Assembly: GCA_023411225.1 (NCBI GenBank)
Contig: JAEYPA010000081.1
Location: 2,229 to 66,228 of the forward strand
Reading direction: 5' to 3'
Source of the DNA: Bacillota bacterium
Lineage (GTDB): Bacteria > Bacillota > Clostridia > Lachnospirales > Lachnospiraceae
DNA: 64,000 nucleotides
Position numbers and translations under genes: made by a program
In this document: one piece after another, positions 1-10,360 of the stretch
Layout: each line of letters starts with the position of its first letter
How positions within the stretch are numbered: position 1 is the stretch's first letter
Notes under the pieces: model-generated
What the model saw: only the letters and a program-made list of their open reading frames with translations
Databases searched by the model: none
What the model was told of the DNA's origin: nothing

Positions 1-121
1 TCTCTGACAATGAGAATGCCCCACCAATATGGCCAGAATGTGCTTTCTCAACCATTTTAAGTCCGGTAATTCGAATTTGGTACGCTAAATCTTCTAATTC
101 CTTTTTTTTTACACTATCCAT
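1..121 (-). CDS. transketolase N-terminal subunit (5' part; runs off the window edge)
   Basis: Not in ORF track. Manual translation from ATG at 121 (AAGGAG RBS upstream): MDSVKKKELEDLAYQIRITGLKMVEKAHSGHIGGAFSLSE; SGHxGG is the transketolase N-terminal motif. Confidence 0.85.
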   Translation of the reverse strand, partial: MDSVKKKELEDLAYQIRITGLKMVEKAHSGHIGGAFSLSE

Positions 122-158
122 CCTATACTCCTTTAAAATATGCTCTGTACATTAATAA

Positions 159-1121
159 TTAGGACATTTTTTTCTTTTTAAATATGTCAATTCCAACTGC
201 TAATATGATAACAATTCCTTTTATTACCATCTGAACGTATGAAGAAACATGTAGCAGATTAAGACCATTACTTAAAAATCCAATTACAAGCGCACCAATT
301 ACCGTTCCACCAACTGTTCCAATACCACCAGTAAAACTAGTTCCACCAAGTACTGCTGCTGCAATAGCATCTGACTCATATCCTTGTCCTGCAGTTGGCT
401 GTCCTGAATACATTCTTGAAGCTAAGATTATACCAGCTATCGCTGCAAGAATTCCAGAAATCATATAGACCCATACCGTAATTTTCTTAACTTTAATCCC
501 AGAAAATTTAGCAGCAACAGGATTTCCTCCTAAGGCATACATTCTTCTACCAAACCGCGTATAGTAAAGAATAATAGCAATAATGATAATTACTACAGCA
601 ACTATGTAGATTGGAATAGGAATTCCTAGCCAATGTCCATTTCCAAGTGATGTAAACAAATCATTTTTGCAAGAAACGGACCGTCCGTTGGTAGTAATAT
701 ATGCCACTCCTCTGATTACTCCTTGCATTGATAAGGTTACAATAAATGCCGGCATACCTATATAGGCAGTTATTACACCATTAATAAGACCAACCACTGC
801 GCCTATTCCGGTTGCAAGCAAAATTGCTATAGGTAATGCAACTCCAGCATTTAATAATGTTACTACTGCAACACCGCATGCTCCAACTACAGATCCAACA
901 GTTAAATCAATTCCACCAATAATAAGAACAAATGTCATACCAAACGCAAGTAAAGAGTTAATACAGATTTGTCTTAGCACTGTGAGCATATTTTTTGTAG
1001 ATAAAAATGAATCTGTAAAAATTGATAAAAATGCAAATAATACAAATAGACCAATTAAAATTCCTAAATTAGCTTTTAAAAATTTGAGTAGAAAATTTTT
1101 GGATGCTATGGATTTATTCAT
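159..1121 (-). CDS. monosaccharide ABC transporter permease (RbsC-like)
   Basis: Hydrophobic; GGIDLTVGS, GGNPVAAKFSGI and AAAVLGGTSFTGG motifs of CUT2 permeases. Confidence 0.92.
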   Translation of the reverse strand: MNKSIASKNFLLKFLKANLGILIGLFVLFAFLSIFTDSFLSTKNMLTVLRQICINSLLAFGMTFVLIIGGIDLTVGSVVGACGVAVVTLLNAGVALPIAILLATGIGAVVGLINGVITAYIGMPAFIVTLSMQGVIRGVAYITTNGRSVSCKNDLFTSLGNGHWLGIPIPIYIVAVVIIIIAIILYYTRFGRRMYALGGNPVAAKFSGIKVKKITVWVYMISGILAAIAGIILASRMYSGQPTAGQGYESDAIAAAVLGGTSFTGGIGTVGGTVIGALVIGFLSNGLNLLHVSSYVQMVIKGIVIILAVGIDIFKKKKMS

Positions 1122-2634
1122 CTGTTTTTCCTCCTGATATTAACCACATAATATTTTCTTGTGTAACAGTTTTCATATCTTCTTCATCTAAAACTCCTTT
1201 GACTTCTCCCTCATACATTGCTATTACTCTTGTACTGAGATTGATGACTTCCTCCATTTCTGAAGATATTAAAATGATTGCTACACCTTGTTTTGCCATC
1301 TCGAATATTAAATGATAAATCTCTGTTTTAGCACCAATATCAATTCCTCTCGTTGGTTCATCTAAAATTAGAATTTGTGGATTCGTTGCTAACCATTTTG
1401 ATAACACGACCTTCTGTTGATTTCCACCAGATAAATCATTTACTTTTTGATCACATGATGTCATCTTAACGGATAGCTTATCTTTGTACTCATTTACTAT
1501 TTCATTTTCTTTTTTAGTATTTACTCTTATAAATCGAATGAATTTATCCAAGACAGACAATGTTAAATTAAATTTGATACTATTAATCAGCACTAATCCC
1601 TCTTCTTTTCGATTTTCAGTAACGTATCCAATTCCATAGTTTATTGCGTCTAGTGGACTTTTAATTGTTACTTTTTCCCCATTAACATAGATTTCACCGG
1701 TTTTAATCGAATCGATTCCAAAAATAGCTTTTGCGGTCTCTGTCCGTCCTGCACCTACCAGCCCAGCAAATCCAAGGATTTCTCCATGTCTAATACTAAA
1801 ACTTACATTTTTTAATTTTCTATTGCATAAGTTTTTAACTTCAAGGCATACTGGACCAATTTTTAGATCATCATTATTGCGCATATACTTTTCGAAATCT
1901 CGCCCAACCATCATTTTAATAATTTCCTCTTTAGTTAACTCTGAGGCTTTCTTAGTCCCAATTAAGCATCCATCTCTTAATATTGAAACTTCATCTGCAA
2001 TCTGAAATATTTCTTCCATTCTATGTGTAATATATATAATTGCAATTCCATTTTTCTTTAGTTTTTCAATCTGTATGAATAATTGTTCAATTTCAACATT
2101 GGTTAAGGAGGACGTTGGTTCATCCATAACTATCACTTTTGCATCAGACAGAAGTGCTCGACCGATTTCAATCATTTGCTGTTTTGCAATGCTTAAATCT
2201 CCTACCTTATCTCGCACATCAATATCAACTTCTAATTCATCCATGATGCTTTGGGCTTTTTTAATCATGGTTTTATCATCCAAAAAGCATTTGGCCTTAT
2301 AAGATAATTCAAATCCCATAAAAATATTGTCAAAGACAGTCATATTATCCGCAAGGCATATTTCCTGATGAATAATACTGATTCCATATTTTTTTGCATC
2401 ATCTACATTATTAATTTCAACTTCTTTTCCTTCAATCAGAATCTTCCCTGAGCCTTTATCTTTTTGATAAATACCACCCATGATCTTTATAAGCGTGGAT
2501 TTTCCAGCACCGTTTTCACCCATCAATACACGGACTTTTCCCAACTGAACTCCAAAATCAATGTGGTTCAAAACTTTTGCGCCCGGAAATTCTTTGTTAA
2601 TATCCACCATCTCTATATACAGTTTGTCGCTCAT
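1114..2634 (-). CDS. monosaccharide ABC transporter ATP-binding protein (RbsA/MglA-like)
   Basis: Two NBDs: GENGAGKST, VMDEPT, LSGGNQQKV, ILDEPTRGID. Confidence 0.95.
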   Translation of the reverse strand: MSDKLYIEMVDINKEFPGAKVLNHIDFGVQLGKVRVLMGENGAGKSTLIKIMGGIYQKDKGSGKILIEGKEVEINNVDDAKKYGISIIHQEICLADNMTVFDNIFMGFELSYKAKCFLDDKTMIKKAQSIMDELEVDIDVRDKVGDLSIAKQQMIEIGRALLSDAKVIVMDEPTSSLTNVEIEQLFIQIEKLKKNGIAIIYITHRMEEIFQIADEVSILRDGCLIGTKKASELTKEEIIKMMVGRDFEKYMRNNDDLKIGPVCLEVKNLCNRKLKNVSFSIRHGEILGFAGLVGAGRTETAKAIFGIDSIKTGEIYVNGEKVTIKSPLDAINYGIGYVTENRKEEGLVLINSIKFNLTLSVLDKFIRFIRVNTKKENEIVNEYKDKLSVKMTSCDQKVNDLSGGNQQKVVLSKWLATNPQILILDEPTRGIDIGAKTEIYHLIFEMAKQGVAIILISSEMEEVINLSTRVIAMYEGEVKGVLDEEDMKTVTQENIMWLISGGKTDE

Positions 2635-2703
2635 ATTAACCTCCGTTATTGCGCTCTACTCTATGTAAAATTTTTGGAAACAAGATTTAGATATTACTCA
2701 AGA

Positions 2704-3681
2704 TTACTTGTCTACATTACTTGAGTCAACAAGTTCAACTGGAACTTTAATATTTTCTTCAACAGTCTCACCATTTAATACCTTATAAGCTGTTTCTACT
2801 GCAATCTGTCCAATATCAAGTGGATGCTGTGCTGCGGATGCAAGCATTTTTCCTTCACTAATTGCTTTTTTACCATCGTCAGAACCATCAACACCTACAA
2901 TTTTAACCTTATCTAGCAGATTCGCACTTTCAACTGCGGCTGCACAACCTAAAGCAGAAGGATCATTCAGTGCAAAGAAACCAGATAATTTTGGATATGA
3001 CTGTAGTATATTTTCAGCAACTGGTAATGCTGTGTCTACACCTGGCTGAATCTCTTGTGAATCAACAATTTTAATATCAGGATATTTCTTTATAGCATCC
3101 ATAAATCCATTTGCTCTATCAAGACATACTTCAGCAACATTATAGGTAAGCATTGCTACATCGCCTTTACCATCAAGTGCTTTTGCCATTGCTTCTCCAA
3201 CCAACTGACCAGCCATATAGTTATCGGATGCTACAGTTGAAGTTATTTTTTCTGCAATTGGGGAGTTGTAAGCGATAACTGGAATTTTTGCTTTATTACA
3301 AGCATCAATACCTGCCTTAATAGCCTCTGAATCAACTGGATCAATTAACATAACCTGTACGCCTTGTTGAAGCATATCTTCAATATCACTTAATTGCTTT
3401 GCAGCATCAAATCCAGCATCCATAATTACCAATTCATCTTCTGCTTTCATTGCTTTTTTCATACCGTCAATAATATCTACATAAAAAACATTTGATTGAT
3501 CTGCAACTGTAACGCCAATTTTAACTCCATCTTTTGATGCATCTGGTTTTTCACTTTCCTCTTTTTGTGGCTCTGTTGATGGAGCTTTACTTGGTTCTGC
3601 ATTCTTATTGTTTGAACCGCATCCAACCAATAACATCATAACCATTACCGTACATAATAATAAACTTAAGCTTTTTTTCAT
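2704..3681 (-). CDS. sugar ABC substrate-binding lipoprotein (RbsB-like)
   Basis: Lipobox LVGC; VASDNYMAG, IVGVDGS motifs. Confidence 0.92.
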   Translation of the reverse strand: MKKSLSLLLCTVMVMMLLVGCGSNNKNAEPSKAPSTEPQKEESEKPDASKDGVKIGVTVADQSNVFYVDIIDGMKKAMKAEDELVIMDAGFDAAKQLSDIEDMLQQGVQVMLIDPVDSEAIKAGIDACNKAKIPVIAYNSPIAEKITSTVASDNYMAGQLVGEAMAKALDGKGDVAMLTYNVAEVCLDRANGFMDAIKKYPDIKIVDSQEIQPGVDTALPVAENILQSYPKLSGFFALNDPSALGCAAAVESANLLDKVKIVGVDGSDDGKKAISEGKMLASAAQHPLDIGQIAVETAYKVLNGETVEENIKVPVELVDSSNVDK

Positions 3682-3725
3682 AAAAAATCCTCCTTTTGGT
3701 CTTTTAATTTACGTATCCTTCGTTT

Positions 3726-4505
3726 TTACCAAGCGGTATAACCGCCATCTACCAAATATGTAGAACCTGTCACAAAGCTTGATGCATCAGATGCAAGATA
3801 TACTGCAATTCCCATAAGTTCTTCTGGTTTTCCAGAACGTCCCATAGGAGTCATTGAAAACCATCTTTCGATTGCAGGATCCTTTCTCTGATACCTGTCT
3901 TCACTCATTTCTGTTCTCATATATCCAGGACAAAGAGCATTTACTCGAACGCCTCTATTTGCCCACTCGGTAGCCATTGATTTTGTTAACATTATTAATC
4001 CACCCTTAGATGCGTTATATGCACATTGATTCTGTGGTGTATTAACAATCATTCCAGACATTGAAGCAATATTAACAATACTTCCTTTTCCCTGCTTCAA
4101 CATGACATTGCCAACTTCTCTTGACACAATAAATGGTCCCGTTAAATTTACATCGATAACTTCTTTCCAGTCTTCCGTTGTTACTTTCTCAGCGTCGTCG
4201 CCTCGCCAAGTTCCAGCATTATTAAACAAAATATCTATTTTCCCATATTCGTCAAGCACTTGTGCAACCATATTCTTTACATCTGCATCAATTCTCATAT
4301 CACCTTTGATAACAGTGCACTTTACACCAATTTTTTCAATTTCTTCTTTTGTCTCTAAAGCTGTTTCTATTCTTCTGGCTGCAATAACAATATTAGCACC
4401 AGCTTGAGCTAATCCAAGTGCCATATATTTTCCAAGTCCTTGCCCACCACCTGTTACAATAGCCACTTTATCTTTTAATGAAAATAAGTCTTTAATATTT
4501 TGCAT
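3726..4505 (-). CDS. SDR family oxidoreductase, probable polyol dehydrogenase
   Basis: TGGGQGLG, NNAG, YNASK catalytic motif; SMSGMIVNTPQ resembles galactitol/arabinitol 2-dehydrogenase-type SDRs. Confidence 0.85.
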   Translation of the reverse strand: MQNIKDLFSLKDKVAIVTGGGQGLGKYMALGLAQAGANIVIAARRIETALETKEEIEKIGVKCTVIKGDMRIDADVKNMVAQVLDEYGKIDILFNNAGTWRGDDAEKVTTEDWKEVIDVNLTGPFIVSREVGNVMLKQGKGSIVNIASMSGMIVNTPQNQCAYNASKGGLIMLTKSMATEWANRGVRVNALCPGYMRTEMSEDRYQRKDPAIERWFSMTPMGRSGKPEELMGIAVYLASDASSFVTGSTYLVDGGYTAW

Positions 4506-4537
4506 TCTTTTGTCCTTTCTGTTTGTAAATATATTGA

Positions 4538-5020
4538 TTACAACTCAATTTCAACTTTGTTTTGTTCATCATAATCTACTACAACACAGTCATTTTTGTA
4601 AATTCTTTCTGGAAGTACTATCAATACATGTGCTTGTTCTTTATTTACCGGATAAGGTCCCAAATGCCATACACCTGTATTAATATGCACTAACGTTCCC
4701 TTAGGAATTAAAAATGCCTGGGTTAATTCTGGAACAGGATCCTTAGTTGGTGGTGCTACATGATATACAATATCATCATCTATGCACATCATGCATTCTC
4801 CTGTAGTATTGTGATATTCCGCTTTATCCACAATCATTGGTGTTTCTTTCGATATAACAAGTGGTGAAAATGCAATTGGCATACTTCCGGAAACCGGGTA
4901 AATTACTTGGTCATTATAAAATGTTCCCAAGCTATTTCCCTTTGGTTCCAGGATATTGGCAAAATTACCAAATGGTGCAAAAGCTTCTGTTGTTAGTTTT
5001 TGTACTTTAATTTTATACAT
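4538..5020 (-). CDS. ureidoglycolate lyase-like cupin protein
   Basis: LTTEAFAPFG N-terminus, EYH and GVWH metal-binding motifs typical of the AllA-like cupin family. Confidence 0.7.
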   Translation of the reverse strand: MYKIKVQKLTTEAFAPFGNFANILEPKGNSLGTFYNDQVIYPVSGSMPIAFSPLVISKETPMIVDKAEYHNTTGECMMCIDDDIVYHVAPPTKDPVPELTQAFLIPKGTLVHINTGVWHLGPYPVNKEQAHVLIVLPERIYKNDCVVVDYDEQNKVEIEL

Positions 5021-5109
5021 TTTCTTTCTTCCTTTCTTCTTGTTTTTTTATAGAAGTTTATATCATATAAACCTCTTAAAATTAATGCTTTACACTAATT
5101 TTTTTCAAT

Positions 5110-6378
5110 TTAGGATGATGACTCTGAACCAATTTCTTCATTATTTTTTTTGATTTTTACAATGGATTCTATTTCACCACCGCGTTTTATAAAATTATTA
5201 AAAATAAATGCGGCAGCTCCAATAGAGCCAGAACAGCTTTTATCATCTGCCACTACAATTTCTACGTCTCTTCCAATCAATTGCATTTTTCTTTGTGAAA
5301 TTGCTTTTTTAAAATTATCCATGTAAATGTTGCTTAAACGGCTAATCTTTCCTTCACAAATAATCAATTCAGGATCGACTAGGTTTATAACACTTGCGAC
5401 TGCCATTCCTAAATAATTTGCTGCCTCTTCAATAATGTCAAGTGCCTCTTTATCACCATTTTTTGCTGCTTCAAAGACAATATTCAAATCAATCTTATTT
5501 ATGTCGCCATATACCAAATCCAATATCTTCGAATTTCTATGTGACATAGCATATTCTTTCGCTGCTTTTGTAATTGCTTCTCCAGATGCATGTAGTGTCA
5601 AACAACCAGAATTTCCACAAAAACAAGGCTCCCCATTTAATTCAACAGTCATATGACCAATCTGACATGAAGATTGTGATCCACCATAATACAATTTAGA
5701 ATCCATAACCAATGCTGAACCAATACCCGTTCCGAGGTTTAAACACAAAAAATTGTTAATTCCTTTACCTCTTCCAAACAATTTTTCTTCCAAAGCAAAG
5801 GCCCTGGTACTATCATCAATTACAATCTCTGCATCGAAAGACTTTTCAAAATATTTCAAAACATTAACATTGTGCCACCCAAGTTCAGACGCATAAGTTA
5901 CAATGCCCTTACTTCTATTTACCAAACCGGCAATACCAAGACCTATTCCAATAATTCGATCCTCTTTATCTGCATTTTTTTGAATCAAACTTTTAATTTC
6001 ATAAATTACTCGATTCAAAATAGAATCTGGAGTATCCGTATCTCTATTATCTTGAATAACTTTGTCTACAATCGAGAAAGACAGATCCATCAAAATTATT
6101 TCTATTCGATACTCATTGATATCAACACCAATAATATAGTAAGCATCCTTATTAAATTGCAGCATCAATGGAGGTTTTCCGCCACTTGATACACCTTTTC
6201 CAGTAATATTCACAAGACCTAAATTTTTAAATTCATCGATAATTTTCATTACAGTTGGCTGTGAAAGATCTGTCATTCTGGCTATTTCTGCACGATATGC
6301 ATATCCATTTTCCCATAATATATTAAGGACCTTTACTTTATTTGATAAATTAATTGCACTTACGTCTATTCTTTGCAC
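5110..6378 (-). CDS. ROK family transcriptional repressor
   Basis: N-terminal HTH (RAEIARMTDLSQPTV), GGKPP, GTGIGS, GH...CFCGNSGC zinc motif; GTG start. Confidence 0.92.
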   Translation of the reverse strand: MQRIDVSAINLSNKVKVLNILWENGYAYRAEIARMTDLSQPTVMKIIDEFKNLGLVNITGKGVSSGGKPPLMLQFNKDAYYIIGVDINEYRIEIILMDLSFSIVDKVIQDNRDTDTPDSILNRVIYEIKSLIQKNADKEDRIIGIGLGIAGLVNRSKGIVTYASELGWHNVNVLKYFEKSFDAEIVIDDSTRAFALEEKLFGRGKGINNFLCLNLGTGIGSALVMDSKLYYGGSQSSCQIGHMTVELNGEPCFCGNSGCLTLHASGEAITKAAKEYAMSHRNSKILDLVYGDINKIDLNIVFEAAKNGDKEALDIIEEAANYLGMAVASVINLVDPELIICEGKISRLSNIYMDNFKKAISQRKMQLIGRDVEIVVADDKSCSGSIGAAAFIFNNFIKRGGEIESIVKIKKNNEEIGSESSS

Positions 6379-6380
6379 TT

Positions 6381-8072
6381 TTACACTTCCTTGATTTGGC
6401 TTTCATCTCTTCCATTTTGAATTTCTTCAAAATGTTTCCCTACATTTAAATATTGTCCATACAACTTATCATATTTAGCAAAATTCTTCTCATTAGGCTT
6501 ATAAGTTTTTTCAAACCCTAGACACATATGTTGTTGAGCTTCTAATAAATCATGATAGAACCCTGAAGCAACTGCAGCGTACATTGCAGCTCCCTGTGCA
6601 CATGCCTGATCCGTTTTAGCAATCTTTATTGGTCTTTTTAATACATCCGCCATCATTTGCATTACTAATGGTGATTTTTTTGGAATTCCTCCTACCGTGA
6701 TAACTTCATTAATCTGTATTCCCCTTGTTATAAAGGAATCAAATATTCTTCGAGACCCAAACACCGCAGATAATACCATTGCTCTAAACAGCTGAACTGG
6801 ATTTGTTCCTATTGTCAATCCATACATTCCGCCCTTTACGTGTTCATTAATAAAAGGATATCTTCTTCCATTAAACCAATCTATTACAGTTAAATTTTCA
6901 AAATCATCTATTTTCAAAGCTTCTTCGGAAATGCAGTCTAACATTTTATCTTTGCACTCAGCAATAAAATTATTACGTTTCCCTTTCTCTATATACCCTA
7001 CTGCAATATTCTCGATACTCCACATAAGAATATTACGAAACCATGAATATATATCTCCGAATGCTGCTTGGCTTGATTCTAGTCCAACATAACCAGGCAA
7101 AATAGAATTTTCTGCTTGTCCACAAATACCTTTTAAATCTTTTCCACGAAGAGACTCTCTTTTATGCACCAGCATATCTACTGTTGATGTACCGACTACT
7201 TTCACAAGAATATTAGGTTGTATTCCCACTCCTACAGCGCCTGCATGTGCATCAAATGAGCTGCCTCCTACTATTACATCAGAATTTATACCTAAGCGCC
7301 TTGCCCATTCATTTGTAATAGTTCCTACCTTATAAGTAGAGGTCTGTGGACCATTTCCGTAATGTCTTGCCACATCAGCCAAATACGGATCAATATGCTC
7401 CAAACAATCTAAGGCTGGAAGCCCATTAAAATCACTATGCCAAAGTGCTTTATGCCCGGCTGCACAACTGCATCGATACATAGTTTTGGGATCTGTATTA
7501 CCTGTAAGGATTGCAGGGATCCAATCACTATGTTCAACCCACGAATATGCTTCTTCTTTAACTCGAGAATCTACTCTAGATGCATGTAATATTTTTGCCC
7601 AATACCATTCAGAGGCATATGTCCCTTGAAATCTGGTATAATCTTCTCCACCAAAGTTGCTAAACACTTCGTTAATTTCTTTTGCTTCACCAATCGCCGT
7701 ATGATCTTTCCATAAATAAAACATGGCATTGGGATTTTCTACAAACTCTGGCAATAATGCTAGTGGAATACCTTCTTTATTTACCGGAGTTGGTGTAGAA
7801 CCAGTTGTATCTACTGCTATGCCACGTATATAATCTCCTACACCTTTTCCAGTAGCCTTAATAGCTTTCTTTACACAGCTTTCCATTGCTTCAATATAAT
7901 CAAGTGGATGTTGTCGAAACATATCTTTATTAGGATTGCAATATTCCAATTTGCTCCATCTTTTGTACTCACTTATTGCTGTACCAAGAGTATGTCCGTT
8001 TTTTATATCTATTACAACAGCTCGAGCTGAATCAGTTCCAAAATCAATTCCAATTACATAGTTTTCTCTCAT
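6381..8072 (-). CDS. araB: ribulokinase (FGGY family)
   Basis: IGIDFGTDSAR, FRQHPLDY, DTTGST, WKDHTA, SEWYWAK, DWFNGRRYP match AraB-type ribulokinases. Confidence 0.85.
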   Translation of the reverse strand: MRENYVIGIDFGTDSARAVVIDIKNGHTLGTAISEYKRWSKLEYCNPNKDMFRQHPLDYIEAMESCVKKAIKATGKGVGDYIRGIAVDTTGSTPTPVNKEGIPLALLPEFVENPNAMFYLWKDHTAIGEAKEINEVFSNFGGEDYTRFQGTYASEWYWAKILHASRVDSRVKEEAYSWVEHSDWIPAILTGNTDPKTMYRCSCAAGHKALWHSDFNGLPALDCLEHIDPYLADVARHYGNGPQTSTYKVGTITNEWARRLGINSDVIVGGSSFDAHAGAVGVGIQPNILVKVVGTSTVDMLVHKRESLRGKDLKGICGQAENSILPGYVGLESSQAAFGDIYSWFRNILMWSIENIAVGYIEKGKRNNFIAECKDKMLDCISEEALKIDDFENLTVIDWFNGRRYPFINEHVKGGMYGLTIGTNPVQLFRAMVLSAVFGSRRIFDSFITRGIQINEVITVGGIPKKSPLVMQMMADVLKRPIKIAKTDQACAQGAAMYAAVASGFYHDLLEAQQHMCLGFEKTYKPNEKNFAKYDKLYGQYLNVGKHFEEIQNGRDESQIKEV

Positions 8073-8102
8073 TATTTCACCTCACAATTAATTTTATCTA
8101 AT

Positions 8103-8159
8103 AACTTAATTAACTTTATTAACTAAGTTTATTGTAATCTCAAAATACTTTTTTGTCAA
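8103..8159 (-). promoter_or_regulatory. sigma-A promoter with adjacent inverted-repeat operator (probable ROK site)
   Basis: Minus strand TTGACA(8154-8159)-17bp-TACAAT(8131-8136); inverted repeat AACTTAATTAA-5bp-TTAACTAAGTT at 8103-8129. Confidence 0.7.
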
Positions 8160-8652
8160 TAATATTACAATAATTTTTTTATTTTTTTCTTTTTTTGTCT
8201 TTTTTTACTAATATCGATTTTATACTGGTTACTTTTTGTTGTTATATGTTCTATTTTAATTTCAATCTTACAGATTTTTTTGCATTCTCATTCTATTTAT
8301 GTCCTACTTAATTAAGTTGTATTAGTAACTATATAATCGTTACACTCCAGAATAGAAAAATAACAGGAGTACCTGCTCCACTAACGGTGTCCCTCCAATG
8401 ATTAAGCGACAGAAATACTTCTGTTCTCTACAACAGACTGCATTGTGTACCTGTATTGCGCTCTTCAACAATAAAATAAATATGCCACTATCCATATTAG
8501 ATACATCAATAGTCCCTTTCAACTCGATGACTATCATAATAAGATTAAGGTTCATTAACGTGTAGCTTTGGTATTCACAGCTTCAATCGTTTGAGGTTAA
8601 GAGTCCTACATTCTTCATACTAATGCCAGTATTGATGCGGGTGCAATGCACC

Positions 8653-8910
8653 TCACACCCTTCTACTTACAAGCCCTTTAAGGGATTGGCTCTCTTTATA
8701 GGTGGTGCGGTATGGCTCATAACTGGTATACATTATTGACAGCTCCTTTAGTCGCCATAATTTCTGCCCTTTTAACAAATGCACTTCTTCAAACTGGCTG
8801 TATTTCTGTTCCTTACCATCTGCAAATTTCGCAAGTCTCTCAATGCTGTCAATCTTCCTTGTAGTGACAAATTCCCTTGCATTGTCAGCTGACTTCAACC
8901 TTGGTTTCAA
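8653..8910 (-). pseudogene. fragment resembling the coiled-coil C-terminus of a MobA/MobL-type mobilisation protein
   Basis: Short charged helical ORF without a good RBS; resemblance is from memory and not confirmed by search. Confidence 0.35.
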
Positions 8911-8961
8911 TCATTCTTAGATACCTCTTTCTTTCTGTGCTGTGTATATAGTTTCTGAAAA

Positions 8962-9004
8962 TAAAAATGGTGGCAAGTAGTCCGTTAGGATCACTGCCAC
9001 CATA
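8962..9004 (-). terminator. intrinsic terminator of 9059..10105
   Basis: ATGGTGGCA...TGCCACCAT hairpin with an A-run on the left (U-tract on minus strand). Confidence 0.65.
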
Positions 9005-9058
9005 AATAAACAAAATTAAATTCTATCTACCTTTTTGTTTGTCCTAAATTATAATCAA

Positions 9059-10105
9059 TTAATTATAATCTGGCACAAAATTCCCCTCTCTGTTATTGAT
9101 ACCGCTTGATTGAGCATACCACCTTGTAAATACAGATATATTTTTCAGAAAACTGTTATACTGCGTGTAATAATCTGTATCAGCCTCAGAAAATTCAAAC
9201 AGTTCAGCGGAATTAAAAATCTGCCCTTTTAAACTGTTCTTGGATATGTAAAAAGGTATTTCAATGGTTTTCTCACTCATTCCTGCCCATGCCTTCAAAA
9301 GCCCTTTGTCCCCATAGCTTTCCTTGAAGAAAAACTTAAAATCTTCCGGAGGAGCAATCATTTCATTTTCAATACTGCTTCTGCCGACTTGATTCCGATA
9401 ATCCCAGTTCCAATTACTGTTAAAATCAAAACCTCCATCTAATGTCAATTTCGAATTTTCTTCTACCGTATTACAATCAATATCTGCTATTTCCCACTTT
9501 TCAGTTATATCGGCGACAGCTTCCCGCAATATATTTTTCGTATCTTCACATTGATAGTAATCATCGGCATTATAATAAACCCAATCGTCATTTCTGCCGC
9601 TGTATTCTAATCTGTTACAGATTTCCAAACCCTCTTGATAATTTGCTCCTCTGGCTGCCCTTGCATTTTCTTTTGCAAAAACCTCGTATACCTCACTAAC
9701 AATCTGCGTATTATCTTCTTCGTCTTTTCCAGTAGTGAAACGCTCTTGTGAACAGTAAACTCGCATGGACACACAACACTCCGAAAAATATTGTTTTACC
9801 TGATCCACACTTATCTTTCCGCTATAATAGTCCTGCATATACCCTGCAATTTCTTTCTGCATAGTATAACCATAACTATTTCCAAATACACTTCCCGGCA
9901 TACCTTTCACTTTCAGGATATTGTTATAATTTTCAGAAGTAATCTCCATTTGGGTTATACCTTTTATTTCAACGCTATCCCTTGCTCTTAGAGCATCCAT
10001 ATCAATATCTAATTTTTTACAGCTTGTCCGAAATTCCTCATTTTGCTTTTCGGTTGCGCCAACTATATAATTGCCTTTCTCTGAAAATACAACCGTTCCT
10101 ATCAT
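9059..10105 (-). CDS. hypothetical protein (348 aa)
   Basis: Long intact ORF with purine-rich RBS; acidic, no family recognised. Confidence 0.75.
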   Translation of the reverse strand: MIGTVVFSEKGNYIVGATEKQNEEFRTSCKKLDIDMDALRARDSVEIKGITQMEITSENYNNILKVKGMPGSVFGNSYGYTMQKEIAGYMQDYYSGKISVDQVKQYFSECCVSMRVYCSQERFTTGKDEEDNTQIVSEVYEVFAKENARAARGANYQEGLEICNRLEYSGRNDDWVYYNADDYYQCEDTKNILREAVADITEKWEIADIDCNTVEENSKLTLDGGFDFNSNWNWDYRNQVGRSSIENEMIAPPEDFKFFFKESYGDKGLLKAWAGMSEKTIEIPFYISKNSLKGQIFNSAELFEFSEADTDYYTQYNSFLKNISVFTRWYAQSSGINNREGNFVPDYN

Positions 10106-10241
10106 ATCCCTTCACCCTCCAACTCTTCTGCCACGCACTTTGAAAGTTCAAGCAGTATATATGCAAAAATAGCGTTATAACCTACCAAATCCTATCCGTA
10201 AAATAACACTATCCATAGCACCTTATCAATTTTCAATTTTT

Positions 10242-10268
10242 ATATCGGAATATTTATCAGGAAACTTA
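10242..10268 (-). promoter_or_regulatory. sigma-28 (FliA/SigD)-like promoter
   Basis: Minus strand TAAG-15bp-TCCGATAT, close to consensus TAAA-N15-GCCGATAT, about 135 bp upstream of ATG 10105. Confidence 0.6.
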
Positions 10269-10360
10269 ACCGTTTTATTCCTCGTTTAAGCCGTGGCTGT
10301 ATGCTCCCCGGCGTTATAATTGACTGTAGTTTCCTTCTCACATCTTGACAATGGTCCCAT
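10262..10360 (-). pseudogene. truncated small mobile-element-associated protein
   Basis: AAGGAGG RBS then MGPLSRCEKETTVNYNAGEHTATA*TRNKTVKF; recalled homologues from clostridial mobile elements read ETIINYNAGEQTATVYTRDK, so the stop appears to replace a Tyr. Confidence 0.5.

Noticed and set aside
8330..8660. 71-aa ORF 8340..8555 and surrounding sequence as IS ends or an IS110 bridge/seek RNA
   Set aside because: Looks like mobile-element debris, but there is no transposase, no paired terminal repeats and no motif I can verify; needs an ISfinder search.
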